NCBI GenBank assembly: GCA_043803105.1
Contig: JAZDKJ010000006.1
Location: forward strand, 224,001 to 288,000
Origin: Candidatus Woesearchaeota archaeon
Lineage (GTDB): Archaea; Nanobdellota; Nanobdellia; Woesearchaeales; JAZDKJ01
Reading direction: 5' to 3'
DNA length: 64,000 nucleotides
In this document: positions 1-10,000 of the stretch, one piece after another
How positions within the stretch are numbered: the stretch's first letter is position 1
How the letters are laid out: each line of letters begins with the position of its first letter
Made by a program: the position numbers and the translations under genes
The notes under the pieces: model-generated
The model's input: the letters and a program-made list of their open reading frames with translations, nothing else
Told to the model about the DNA's origin: nothing
Databases searched by the model: none

Positions 1-2
1 AG

Positions 3-431
3 CTCGAATGGAAGCTTAAGACCTCCGGCAAGATAGTCTCTGAAGTTGGTCTCGCTGATATTAACGGTGATAACAAGCTTGAGATTGTGGTCACGTCCTG
101 CTGTTACGAGAATAATGTTCTTATTCTTTCGAACACAAAGGATACGATTGGTTCCTTTGGCGCCGGCTTCTGGGTGACAAGCTCCCCTATAATTAAGGAT
201 ATTGACCAGGACGGCAACGATGAGATAATATTCGGTAGCTACGACCATCACCTTTACATCCTTACCTTTAAGAGGGAACTAAAGGAGTATTACCGTGGCG
301 AGTTAAAGCAGGAAGTAACTCTATACAATGCAGAATGCATGATTGTAGGTACGCCTGCAGTCCTTGAGGGCAGAGGTACAATCATCGTTACCGCTAATGG
401 CAAGGGCAGTGTGATAGCGCTTAAGATCTAG
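3..431 (+). CDS. FG-GAP/VCBS-repeat beta-propeller protein, 5' partial
   Basis: Frame is open from base 3; DINGDNKLEIV and DIDQDGNDEII Ca-binding repeats. Confidence 0.75.
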   Translation, partial: LEWKLKTSGKIVSEVGLADINGDNKLEIVVTSCCYENNVLILSNTKDTIGSFGAGFWVTSSPIIKDIDQDGNDEIIFGSYDHHLYILTFKRELKEYYRGELKQEVTLYNAECMIVGTPAVLEGRGTIIVTANGKGSVIALKI

Positions 432-1375
432 GGTATTGTCCTGTATCTTGTGCTGATTATTATCCATTCAGTGAACAGCAATATAAGGACGGCTATCATC
501 AGCGGGGTGGCCATTTGAATTGGAATGTCTTTTTGCTCTGTCGTTGCGATCTCCGCTAAGGCAACCCTTAATGCCTCGTTGTCCGAGACCCTGAAGTACC
601 TTCCTCCAGTGCTCTCAGCTACGCCCCTAAGGCTGTTTTCATCAAGTTTGGAGACTGTATCAATATCTGTGAACTTGCCGCCTTCGGGTGTGGCTACCCC
701 TAGTGTATACACTTTAATGTGGTTCCTTGTTGCAAAAGGCACTGCAACAATTGGGTCTATCCCCACATTGCTTTGTCCGTCAGTGATTATTGCCACTACC
801 CGGGCCTGTCCATCATCTTCAAAAAGGTTGGCTGATGAGACTATTGCTTCACCGATCGCAGTTCCGCTTGTGAACGCTATGTCTATTGAGCTTATTGCTG
901 TCTTTACCAGGCTCATGTCGTCAGTTAGTCTTTGCTTGACAAACGTTGTTCCTGAAAAAGAGAGAACCCCTACTTTTGAGTGTTCTCCTACAGTGTCCAC
1001 AAATATCTGTGCAGCATCCTTTGCCGCCGCCAGTCTGTTGGGCGCAAAATCATCTGCAAGCATGCTGCCTGAGGCATCTATCGCGACCACAAAGTCAAAT
1101 GTTGTGCTCTTTCCAGAATACCAGAATATCATTCCAGACAAGGATAGCACTAGGAATATCAAGGTGAATGAACGAAGGATGAGAAAGACGATGTTCTTGG
1201 TTATGATTCCCCCTGAAAGAAATCCTTGGCCACCAACGCGCTGTATTGCCTCAAAATTCGCGAAAAGAAACGCCTTTCGCTTTGTGAATCTTATCGTAAT
1301 TAGATGAAGTACTAAAAGGAAGGGTATGCTTGCAAGGAACCATAGGAATTCAGGGTGCGTGAAGCTGACGTCCAT
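428..1375 (-). CDS. BatA-like VWA domain membrane protein
   Basis: N-terminal FTHPEFLW BatA motif, MIDAS DASGS, TDG, terminal TM helices. Confidence 0.9.
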   Translation of the reverse strand: MDVSFTHPEFLWFLASIPFLLVLHLITIRFTKRKAFLFANFEAIQRVGGQGFLSGGIITKNIVFLILRSFTLIFLVLSLSGMIFWYSGKSTTFDFVVAIDASGSMLADDFAPNRLAAAKDAAQIFVDTVGEHSKVGVLSFSGTTFVKQRLTDDMSLVKTAISSIDIAFTSGTAIGEAIVSSANLFEDDGQARVVAIITDGQSNVGIDPIVAVPFATRNHIKVYTLGVATPEGGKFTDIDTVSKLDENSLRGVAESTGGRYFRVSDNEALRVALAEIATTEQKDIPIQMATPLMIAVLILLFTEWIIISTRYRTIP

Positions 1376-1376
1376 C

Positions 1377-2264
1377 TTATTTTCCTGTTCTGGTCTTCAA
1401 GAAGCTTGTCACCGGGTTTACAAACGGCTTGTCTGTTGTGAGTGACAAAAAGGGTATGCGGTGTAGCTTAAGCACATTCAAGACCTTTTCTTGTTCTTGC
1501 TTCGCGATGCGCTCAAAGGCTGCCTTGATATTTCTTGAGTCAACCACCATTTCCCTCTCGGAAAATGGGTCCTTGATTACTACCTGTCCCACATCTTCAG
1601 GGATTGTCAGGTCATGCGGGTCTCTTACCACTATTGCCATAAAATCGAATTTGCTGCTTGCTACCGTGAGCTCCCTTTCCCATTCTCCCTTTAGCCCAAA
1701 GAAGTCTGAGACTATGATCACAATAGCCTGCTTCTTCAGGTATCCGGTCAGGTACCTCAGTGCCTTTCCAAGGTCAAAGCCTCCGCCGTACATCTGCGGA
1801 TTGCTAAGTTTTGTGGTGAGCATATAGTACTGCCGCTTCCCCATCATTGGCGGTGAGACGTTGACGATGCCCTCATTGAACATGATGAGCCCGACATAGT
1901 CCCCTGCCTGAAGTGCAGCAAATGAAATCGACGCTATGAGTTCTGCAGAGTATTCTGCTTTCATCTTGTCAGTTGATGCGAAGAGCATGCTGTTGCTCAC
2001 ATCAAAGAGGATTATCACAGTTATGTTTCTCTCTTCTATATACTTCTTGACAAGCACCTGTTGTGCTTTCAGTGTTGCCTTCCAGTCTATCTGGCTTGCA
2101 TCGTCGTTGATGCTGTAAGGCCTAAATCCCTCGAACTCTAACCCTCTTCCCTTGATTGCTGTTAGGTAATCACCCGTAAGCTCACCCATCATATTGTTCT
2201 TCATCGATACCTCAAACTTCTTCATCATTGGCTTGAGGTTGAGCTTTAGTTCTCGTACTGGCAT
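1377..2264 (-). CDS. DUF58 family protein (MoxR partner)
   Basis: GRGLEFEGFRPY..DDASQIDWKA; lies between MoxR and VWA genes. Confidence 0.9.
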   Translation of the reverse strand: MPVRELKLNLKPMMKKFEVSMKNNMMGELTGDYLTAIKGRGLEFEGFRPYSINDDASQIDWKATLKAQQVLVKKYIEERNITVIILFDVSNSMLFASTDKMKAEYSAELIASISFAALQAGDYVGLIMFNEGIVNVSPPMMGKRQYYMLTTKLSNPQMYGGGFDLGKALRYLTGYLKKQAIVIIVSDFFGLKGEWERELTVASSKFDFMAIVVRDPHDLTIPEDVGQVVIKDPFSEREMVVDSRNIKAAFERIAKQEQEKVLNVLKLHRIPFLSLTTDKPFVNPVTSFLKTRTGK

Positions 2265-2265
2265 T

Positions 2266-3255
2266 TTATGGTACTGGTACCTTTGATAGAATTTCCTTTA
2301 CTATGTCGTCGGGCTTTACTGCTTCTGCCTGTCCCTCATAGTTTACTATAATCCTGTGCCGCAGGACATCAGAGGCAACCTCTTTGATATCCTGTGGTGT
2401 TACAAACAGCTTTCCGTTAAGCATCGCCTCTGCCCTTCCAGCTATGTGTAACCCTATGGATCCCCTTGGAGATGCTCCCCATTCGATGAACTTCCCAAGA
2501 TTTAGTTTGTACTTGTCAGGATTCCTGGTTGCATCGATTATCCTCACTATGTATTTCTCAACCTTCTCGTCTACGTATACCTGTCTCACTGCCTCTTGGA
2601 TATCCATCAGTATCGGCCCGTCGAGCACGGGTTCTATTACTATGTCCTCAAATTTCCTGGTTGTGATGTTGTTTGTCAGCACCCTCTGCTCTTCCTCGAC
2701 CGTTGGATAGAGTAGCTGCAGCTTGAATAAGAACCTGTCCAGTTGTGCTTCCGGCAGAGGATATGTTCCTAGCGATTCTATCGGATTTTGTGTTGCGAGC
2801 ACAAAGAATGGTGGATCTAGCAGAAAGCTCTCTTTACCTATGGTTGCCTGCCTTTCAGCCATGCATTCCAGGAGAGCTGACTGAACCTTTGGCGGTGCGC
2901 GGTTTATCTCGTCTGCAAGCACGAAGTTTGCGAAGATTGGTCCTTTTACCACATAGAATCCCTTGTCCTTCTCGAACGCTGTGATGCCTACAATATCTGT
3001 TGGCAATAGGTCTGGAGTGAATTGTATTCTCGAGAACGAGCACTTCATCACCCTTGCTATTGTCCTCACAAGGAGCGTTTTTGCTATGCCTGGAACTCCT
3101 TCGAGTAGCACATGTCCGTTTGCGATTAGTGCCTTTAGCATGCAATTCACAGCTTTTTCCTGGCCCACCACAGACTTGGCAATCTCTGACTTTGCTAGCG
3201 TAAAAATCTTGGAATATTCCTCCACTTTCTTCGATAGTTCTCTATCTACAGGCAT
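2266..3255 (-). CDS. moxR: MoxR family AAA+ ATPase
   Basis: GVPGIAKT Walker A, RIQFTPDLLPTD, DEINRAPPKVQSALL, ATQNPIE; start moved to ATG at 3255. Confidence 0.95.
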   Translation of the reverse strand: MPVDRELSKKVEEYSKIFTLAKSEIAKSVVGQEKAVNCMLKALIANGHVLLEGVPGIAKTLLVRTIARVMKCSFSRIQFTPDLLPTDIVGITAFEKDKGFYVVKGPIFANFVLADEINRAPPKVQSALLECMAERQATIGKESFLLDPPFFVLATQNPIESLGTYPLPEAQLDRFLFKLQLLYPTVEEEQRVLTNNITTRKFEDIVIEPVLDGPILMDIQEAVRQVYVDEKVEKYIVRIIDATRNPDKYKLNLGKFIEWGASPRGSIGLHIAGRAEAMLNGKLFVTPQDIKEVASDVLRHRIIVNYEGQAEAVKPDDIVKEILSKVPVP

Positions 3256-3359
3256 ACCTGCTTCTACCAGGGCGTGCTTTATATATTTTATTAAACCACT
3301 CGAGAGTAAAGACCTGTTTAACCAAAACAAATAAATAACAAGCAGTAACACCATTTCCT

Positions 3360-4043
3360 ATGACACTTGCCATAATCGGTGGAACTGGGCTTCTGCACCC
3401 TGACATTTTTCCAGGTTCTGCGAAAAAAAAAGTGGCTACAAGGTTTGGCAGTGTGCAGGTCAATGCCTACAATTCTTGTTTCTTCCTGCAACGTCATGGA
3501 CACAATCTCCCACCTCACCTGATAAACCACAAAGCCAACCTAACAGCACTAAAACACCTTGGTGTGGACGAGATCATAGCCTTTTCCTCAGTTGGTAGCC
3601 TGCGACGCGGCATTAAGCCAGGAGACCTTGTGATCATCGACGATTTCATTCAATTATCAAATATTCCCACATTTATTGAAAAAGATATGAGGTTCGTTGT
3701 GCCCTGCATTGATAAAACTTTGCGGACCAGATTGATCAAGGCATGCGCAACGCTTCGTCTGCATTTTAAATCAACTGGCATTTATCTGCAGACCATTGGT
3801 CCTCGTTTCGAGACAAAATCGGAGATTGCTATGTATAAGAGGTTTGCTCACGTTGTTGGCATGACTATAGCTAGCGAAGCAACACTCGCTAATGAGTTAG
3901 GTATCCCTTATGCATGCGTATGCTCTGTTGATAATTATGCCAATGGGCTGGTAAGATCTCCTCTCGATTGGCAATCAGTTAAAGAGACGCAGGCGAGGAA
4001 TCTTATCTCGATAAAAAAGCTTCTCAGAGTTTTGATAAAATGA
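3360..4043 (+). CDS. MTAP-family purine nucleoside phosphorylase (MTA/MTI)
   Basis: IIGGTG, RHG..PPH.INHKAN, GPRFET, VGMT, VDNYANG. Confidence 0.9.
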   Translation: MTLAIIGGTGLLHPDIFPGSAKKKVATRFGSVQVNAYNSCFFLQRHGHNLPPHLINHKANLTALKHLGVDEIIAFSSVGSLRRGIKPGDLVIIDDFIQLSNIPTFIEKDMRFVVPCIDKTLRTRLIKACATLRLHFKSTGIYLQTIGPRFETKSEIAMYKRFAHVVGMTIASEATLANELGIPYACVCSVDNYANGLVRSPLDWQSVKETQARNLISIKKLLRVLIK

Positions 4044-5296
4044 GCATTCTCATCAAGAATGCCATAGTTTTTGGAAAGGTCATGGACATTTTGATAGAAG
4101 ATAACCTTATCTCAAGGATAGCTCCAAAGTTGAGTGACAACGCAGAGTACACGATTGATGCCTCTCACAAGGCTGTGATTCCAGGGCTCTTCAACTCCCA
4201 TACCCATGCTGCTATGACACTTCTGAGGGGATACGCAGACGACATGCAGCTCCAGAGCTGGCTGCAGACAAAGATCTGGCCGCTTGAGGCCAAGCTCACT
4301 GATAAGGATGTGTATCTAGGCGCAAGGCTCGCTTGCCTTGAGATGATAAAGACCGGAACCACATTCTTTAATGATATGTACTGGCACCTGGAAGGCACTG
4401 TACGGGCTGTCGAGGAAATGGGCATAAGGGCTGCATTGAGTTATGTGTTCATCGACCTTTTTGACGAAAAAAAAGCTGTTGAACAGATTCGTGTTGTGAA
4501 GCGTCAGTTTGAGCCAACCAAGCAACAAGATAGCAGAGTAACCTTTGCCCTTGGCCCGCACGCAATTTATACTGTATCAAAAGACAGCCTGCAATGGGTT
4601 GCAGATTTTGCAAAGCAGCATGACGTGCTGATTCATATACATCTCGCAGAGACTAAAAAAGAGGTGGATGATTGCCTAAAATCCAATGGCAAAAGGCCTG
4701 TCCAGTTTTTGGAAGACATCGGTTTTCTTGGACCTAATGTCATTGCTTGCCACTCAGTCTGGTTGACAGATGAAGAGATAAGGATTATGGCAAGGCACCA
4801 AGTCAAGGTTGTCCATAATCCTGTCTCGAATATGAAGCTTGCTGTTGGAGAGGTCTTTCCTTATTCAAGGTTCAAGGCTGCCGGAGTGCTCCCCTGCCTT
4901 GGCACAGATGGTTGCGCATCAAACAACAGCCTGGATATGTTTCAGGCGATGAAGTTTGCTGCTCTCCTGCAAAAATTCTGTTACAAAGACCCCACAGTCC
5001 TTCCTGCGCATGAAGCCTTTGAGATGGCCACTTCAAATCCAGCCTTGGCCTTTAGAATAAATTCAGGAAAGATTGAAGAGGGTAAGCTAGCAGACCTTCT
5101 GCTCATCGACCTGAAAAATGTAAAGCTCACCCCGAACCACAATATGGTCTCAAATCTGGTCTATAGCGCTGATGGTTCCTGTGTCGATACAGTAATCTGC
5201 GATGGCAAGATTCTTATGGAGCACAGGGTTGTCGAAAACGAAGAAAAGATAGTAGACGATGCAGCCAGGGCTGCACTTGACCTGGTGGCAGGGTAA
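4040..5296 (+). CDS. mtaD: 5'-methylthioadenosine/SAH deaminase (amidohydrolase)
   Basis: HTHAAM, PHAIYT, HIHLAE, HNPVSNMKLA, GTDGCASNN; ATGA-coupled to the MTAP gene. Confidence 0.85.
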   Translation: MSILIKNAIVFGKVMDILIEDNLISRIAPKLSDNAEYTIDASHKAVIPGLFNSHTHAAMTLLRGYADDMQLQSWLQTKIWPLEAKLTDKDVYLGARLACLEMIKTGTTFFNDMYWHLEGTVRAVEEMGIRAALSYVFIDLFDEKKAVEQIRVVKRQFEPTKQQDSRVTFALGPHAIYTVSKDSLQWVADFAKQHDVLIHIHLAETKKEVDDCLKSNGKRPVQFLEDIGFLGPNVIACHSVWLTDEEIRIMARHQVKVVHNPVSNMKLAVGEVFPYSRFKAAGVLPCLGTDGCASNNSLDMFQAMKFAALLQKFCYKDPTVLPAHEAFEMATSNPALAFRINSGKIEEGKLADLLLIDLKNVKLTPNHNMVSNLVYSADGSCVDTVICDGKILMEHRVVENEEKIVDDAARAALDLVAG

Positions 5297-5297
5297 G

Positions 5298-6017
5298 ATG
5301 GAGCAAGCCCTGTATCTTGATGATTGTTATCTGTCCGAATTTGAGGCTACTGTAGTATCTGTTAAGGATGATAAGTTTGTCGTGCTTGACAAGACAGCTT
5401 TTTACCCGACTTCAGGCGGCCAGCCTCACGATACTGGAATCCTCATCCGTGGAAGCGACGAATTCAAGGTTGTCTACGCAGGCAAGTTTGACGGTACAAT
5501 AAGCCATGAGGTCTCAGTTCCTGGCCTAAAACCAAACGATAAGGTCATAGGCAGGATTGATTGGGTTAGGCGCTACAGGCTGATGCGCTATCACACCGCA
5601 GCCCACGTGGTCTCCCAGGTGATTCGCTCCGAGACCAATGCCCAGGTCACAGGCAACCAGCTTGAATTGGACAAGGCAAGGATAGATTTTGACGTGCCTA
5701 ATTTTGATAAGGAACAGCTGAAGTCCTACGAAGATAAGGCAAACGAGATTGTTGGTAAACGCCTTGAGGTAAAGAAGTATTTCCTTCCTCGCGCCATTGC
5801 CCTGGAGAATCCTGCCCTATTCAGCTTGAAGAATGTCCTTCCCCCTGATGTTCCAACCTTAAGGATTATAGAGATTGTTGGTTTTGACATAAGCGCCTGT
5901 GGTGGCTGTCACCTCAACAATACTGGAGAGATAGGTCATATAACTGTCACAAAGGTTGACAATAAGGGCAAGGACAACCGCAGAGTCTATTTTGTTCTTT
6001 CGGACAACAAAATTTAA
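5298..6017 (+). CDS. alaXM: Alanyl-tRNA editing protein AlaX-M
   Basis: LYLDD, TAFYPTSGGQPHDTG, HTAAH and CGGCH zinc motifs. Confidence 0.9.
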   Translation: MEQALYLDDCYLSEFEATVVSVKDDKFVVLDKTAFYPTSGGQPHDTGILIRGSDEFKVVYAGKFDGTISHEVSVPGLKPNDKVIGRIDWVRRYRLMRYHTAAHVVSQVIRSETNAQVTGNQLELDKARIDFDVPNFDKEQLKSYEDKANEIVGKRLEVKKYFLPRAIALENPALFSLKNVLPPDVPTLRIIEIVGFDISACGGCHLNNTGEIGHITVTKVDNKGKDNRRVYFVLSDNKI

Positions 6018-6040
6018 ATAACAGCCCGCCAAGCTTACCC

Positions 6041-7069
6041 TTGATGAAGGTTGCCATCTCAATGGAAGAGAAACGGCAAAGGGTCAAGGACAGGGCTCTT
6101 CTGCTTGTCGATAACTTATCAAGCAGTCTCTATGAGGAGGACATCCATGCTTTGTCCATAAGGTTCTTCTCGGTGATCCATGAGTTTTTCGCTGATTTTT
6201 GCGGTCTGCGCTATCAGTTCACCTATCCAGAGCTCATTTCAGAGATTAGGAAGCGCAACTTATTTGATGATTTCCTGTCCAAAAAGGTTATTGACTTTAT
6301 TGCTGTGCTCCAGGAAAAGGAGTATAGTAAGACAGAATTTAATGTCTCTGAATTGAACAGGTGCCTAAAGGGATTCAGGCTGATCATAAAGAGTTGTTCT
6401 GTCTCGACTACTCACCATGGCATGCACCATAGATTTTATTACCTATTCCAAAGGTTTGGCTTCCTTACAGCCCACCTTGCCAAGCGTTTTGGCAAGCGCG
6501 ATGTAGATGATATAGTCTGCCTCATCAACTCTGCAAGGTCAAACCTCGACGAACATAACATCGACCAGGCTCAGAAAACTTATGAGGATATCATCAAGCT
6601 CTACAACAGGTTGTCTGCTGAGGAGAGGAAAAGCGTCTTTCACGGGATTCATTCCCTCTATGCATCAATTGAGAAGGCTTATACAGAAAGCCTGCTAAAG
6701 CAAATTGACAGTCTCTTTGAGGATCTGCATCACCAGCTTGATTCTGGAGACCTCGCCAAGGCCGCTGAAACCTATTCTTCACTTCAGGCGCGATATGATG
6801 AATTGCCTCCTGCGAATAAGAAAAGGCTGTATTCAGAGATTGGACATTGTTACACAGATCTGCAGGCTCTGCGTGACAAGTCAGCACTCACAGACTTTGA
6901 CAGGCTTCTCGTAAGGATAAAGGCTGGTGTTACGAGCCAAAAGGTGAGCCTTGCGATGTCTTTGTATAATGAGGCAGACAACCTATATTCGCAGCTCCCG
7001 TTCAGACTGCAGCAAAAGGTCTATACCAATTTGAAGTCCACTTTCAGTCTGCTCTCACGGTTGAGCTGA
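6041..7069 (+). CDS. Hypothetical all-helical protein with three TPR-like repeats; paralog of the cytoplasmic tail of 12507..14678
   Basis: Long ORF with repeated A...Y.....Y..L......Y units; no signal peptide or TM helix. Confidence 0.75.
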   Translation: MMKVAISMEEKRQRVKDRALLLVDNLSSSLYEEDIHALSIRFFSVIHEFFADFCGLRYQFTYPELISEIRKRNLFDDFLSKKVIDFIAVLQEKEYSKTEFNVSELNRCLKGFRLIIKSCSVSTTHHGMHHRFYYLFQRFGFLTAHLAKRFGKRDVDDIVCLINSARSNLDEHNIDQAQKTYEDIIKLYNRLSAEERKSVFHGIHSLYASIEKAYTESLLKQIDSLFEDLHHQLDSGDLAKAAETYSSLQARYDELPPANKKRLYSEIGHCYTDLQALRDKSALTDFDRLLVRIKAGVTSQKVSLAMSLYNEADNLYSQLPFRLQQKVYTNLKSTFSLLSRLS

Positions 7070-10000
7070 CTAAGGATTGCTGCCCCGGTTCTTGGTTATC
7101 ACAAAAACTGCATAGCCTATCATCGCCAGGGTTGATGCCAGCACAATACTGAGTTGCATCACGTTCTGTTTGGCAAAACTTATCAGGGTTGCCAGCGTGC
7201 CTTGCTCCATTGGTTGTTCGATCGTTCTCATCTGGCTGGTAATTAAGTACCTGCAAGCGTCGATTGCGTTCTTCAGCAGCTGCTGCGCTTCTGTGATTAA
7301 TCCCGATTCTATGTCTGCCCTTGCCTCAGCCAACAGCTCGTTCAGCTCAAGGCATTCTGGGTTCGAAGATAGAAGGTCCCTGACAAAGCGTACAGAGTCG
7401 TTCATTGATTCAAGGAACGGCAATGGGTTTATGGATATAACAGCATTGTCTCTGAAATATGGGTCTTCTGATATCGCGCTTAGGTTTATCTGGTAAGGCT
7501 TTTGCTTTGGCTTGCTCGTGGTAATGTTTAGTTCAGTCTCTGTCTTTTCTCCAGGTCTTAGCTGGTTGAACCTCATTTCCTTGAACGTAAGTGTGACATT
7601 GCCTTCAGATGTTTGAGCCATAAGATGTATCTGTTTTAGGGTCACGTTGCCGCTGTTTCTCAATTCAATCGGTGCGATTATCTCTGTAGGAGAATTGAAT
7701 TTCAGCGGTTTTGTCAACACAAGTTCAAGCGATATCGGTCTGGTAACATTGACAAGTTCTTTTCTTGGTACGCTTATGTACTGCGTCGCCCCACCCCCGC
7801 TGGAGCTTGCCTGTGGCAGGTATTCCTCAGGTGCCTTCTTTACAGAGACCACTACTGTATTTGACCATGCCGTCCTGTTTCTGGAGTCAGTGGTCCAGAA
7901 GACGAGGCTTGCATCTCCTGTGAAACCTGCCTCCGGGTTAAGGTTGACATACTTTTGGTTGTTAATGCTCAACCCAAGATAGTCTGCATTCTGGATGCTC
8001 GTGTAGTTGAAGGTCAGTGAGTCATTGTCAGGGTCTTTGAAATAGTCATCCAAATCAATCCAATTCTGTACAGAGTGGTCTTCCACAACGATAAAGTTTG
8101 CTATGGAATAATTCATCTGTAAGCTTTCAATTACAGGTGTAACACCAATGTTGCTTGTGCTCATGTTTATCATGAACTGCACGAACCTTGTGTTCCAAGT
8201 TGCAGGTGATGCATTCTGTTCGAACTCGTGGCTGAAGTTGATTAAGGTATGTTCGCTGTTTGTGGAAGGCTTGCCCCACGCGCTCCAGTTTATGCCGTCT
8301 GCGCTTGTTCTGGTCCTGATTGTTATGTTTGTCCCGGCAGGCTTTGATTCCATCCAGCTAACAATCGTCAGGTTGGGCCTTGCCACTGAGGTATAAACAC
8401 CTGTCTGAGAGTCAACAGCACTTGAGATATAGCTTCCCTTTGTGTAGTAGCTGGTGCTGTTCTGTCTGGACAAGGTTATGTTTTGCGCTGTGTTGTTGGT
8501 TCTGTAGTTTGTGCCTCCTGTTAAACCTATTGTCTTTCTCCCAAAATATGATGGCCTGTCCAAGTTTTTTACAGTGACATTCCAGTAGAAGGATGCCTTG
8601 TTCCCTAGTTGGTCGCGTACCTCAACTGTGACGTTTCTTGTTCCTGAATCAAACCACCCGATGTTATAGTTCCAGCTGCTGGCTGTGCCTTGAAGAACCC
8701 CGCCAAGTATCCATTTGTAATATTTTGGGTCTCCGTCTGGCTCAATACTGCTCTGGTTGAAAAGGATTGTTCTGTTCTCTGTAATATTTATCCTTGTTCC
8801 TTGGGGGAAAAGGTTGCGGTTTGCAAAGGCAAATACTGTGTAGCTTGATATCGGCCATCCATAAGGATATATCATCGTGATGTTTGGCGCGTAGTTTGTT
8901 CCGTTGATTCTGAAAATCACCTTTCCGCCGGTCCATAGGCTTCCGTCATTCAAGGATATGTTTACTGTGTGATTGCCCACCATCCCGCTGGTTATCGTAT
9001 AGTTGATTAATCCCATCTGCAGTGAGATGTTCGTAATATTGAACATGGTTGAGTTTGTGTAAAAGAATAGCCTGTCGCCATCCACGTCTGAGCCGTTCAC
9101 GTATATCACAGCCCTGTCTCCTACTTTGTACACTTTGTTCGGTATGTTTCTCATGATTGGCGCATCATTGACTGAGGTCACTGTCACGGTAATGTTGTTG
9201 CTGTACGTTACGTTATGTGTGTCATTGAGGCTGAAGTAGAATACCTCCACCCCATGCCAGTTGGCTGAGGGATAGAGGGAAATCTTGCTGTCATCCTCGA
9301 TATTGACATTTACGTATACATCATCATAGACCTTGTAGCTCAGGTTATCCTTCTGTGAGCCTGAGCATAGGTGAAAGTCTGGGTCATAGAAATAGTCTGT
9401 TAATGTGAAATTGTCAATCAGGTCATGGTCCTCCTCCCACGTGATATTGGGGAAGGATATGTTCAGAAAAGGCCCCCTGTTGACATTTATTACTGTGACA
9501 TTCCATGTTAAAACCGTTGTAGCGTTCTGTGAGTCCGTAGCCCAAACTGTCACATTATAGCGTCCTGCCTCACAATATCCTGGCCAATACGTCCAATTCC
9601 TCTCATACGCTTTGATGGTGTTCATCAGGTAATACTTGAATGTTACAGGCTGGCCTTCCTCATCATACACCTGTGTGATATTGAAGAGCAATGAGCTTCC
9701 TTCAAATACAGAAACATTAGTCTGGTTGGGTTTGTAGCCTAGGATTACAGGAGGATCATTGACGTTCACGATGCGGAATACCACCAGCCTGGATACATTG
9801 TTGAATCCGTCGCTAAGCGAGATGTTCACTGTGTGGTTTCCAACATCTTTCTGTATGGGTGTAAGGCCTATGTGATAGCTTGTTGTGTTGACCTTTGTCA
9901 AGTTGAACAGCGTATTATTGCTCCACATTGTGAGATTTGCCATTTCCTCGTCATAGCCGCCTATGTATATGCTTGCTGTCTGGTCTTCCAGCAGGGTGTA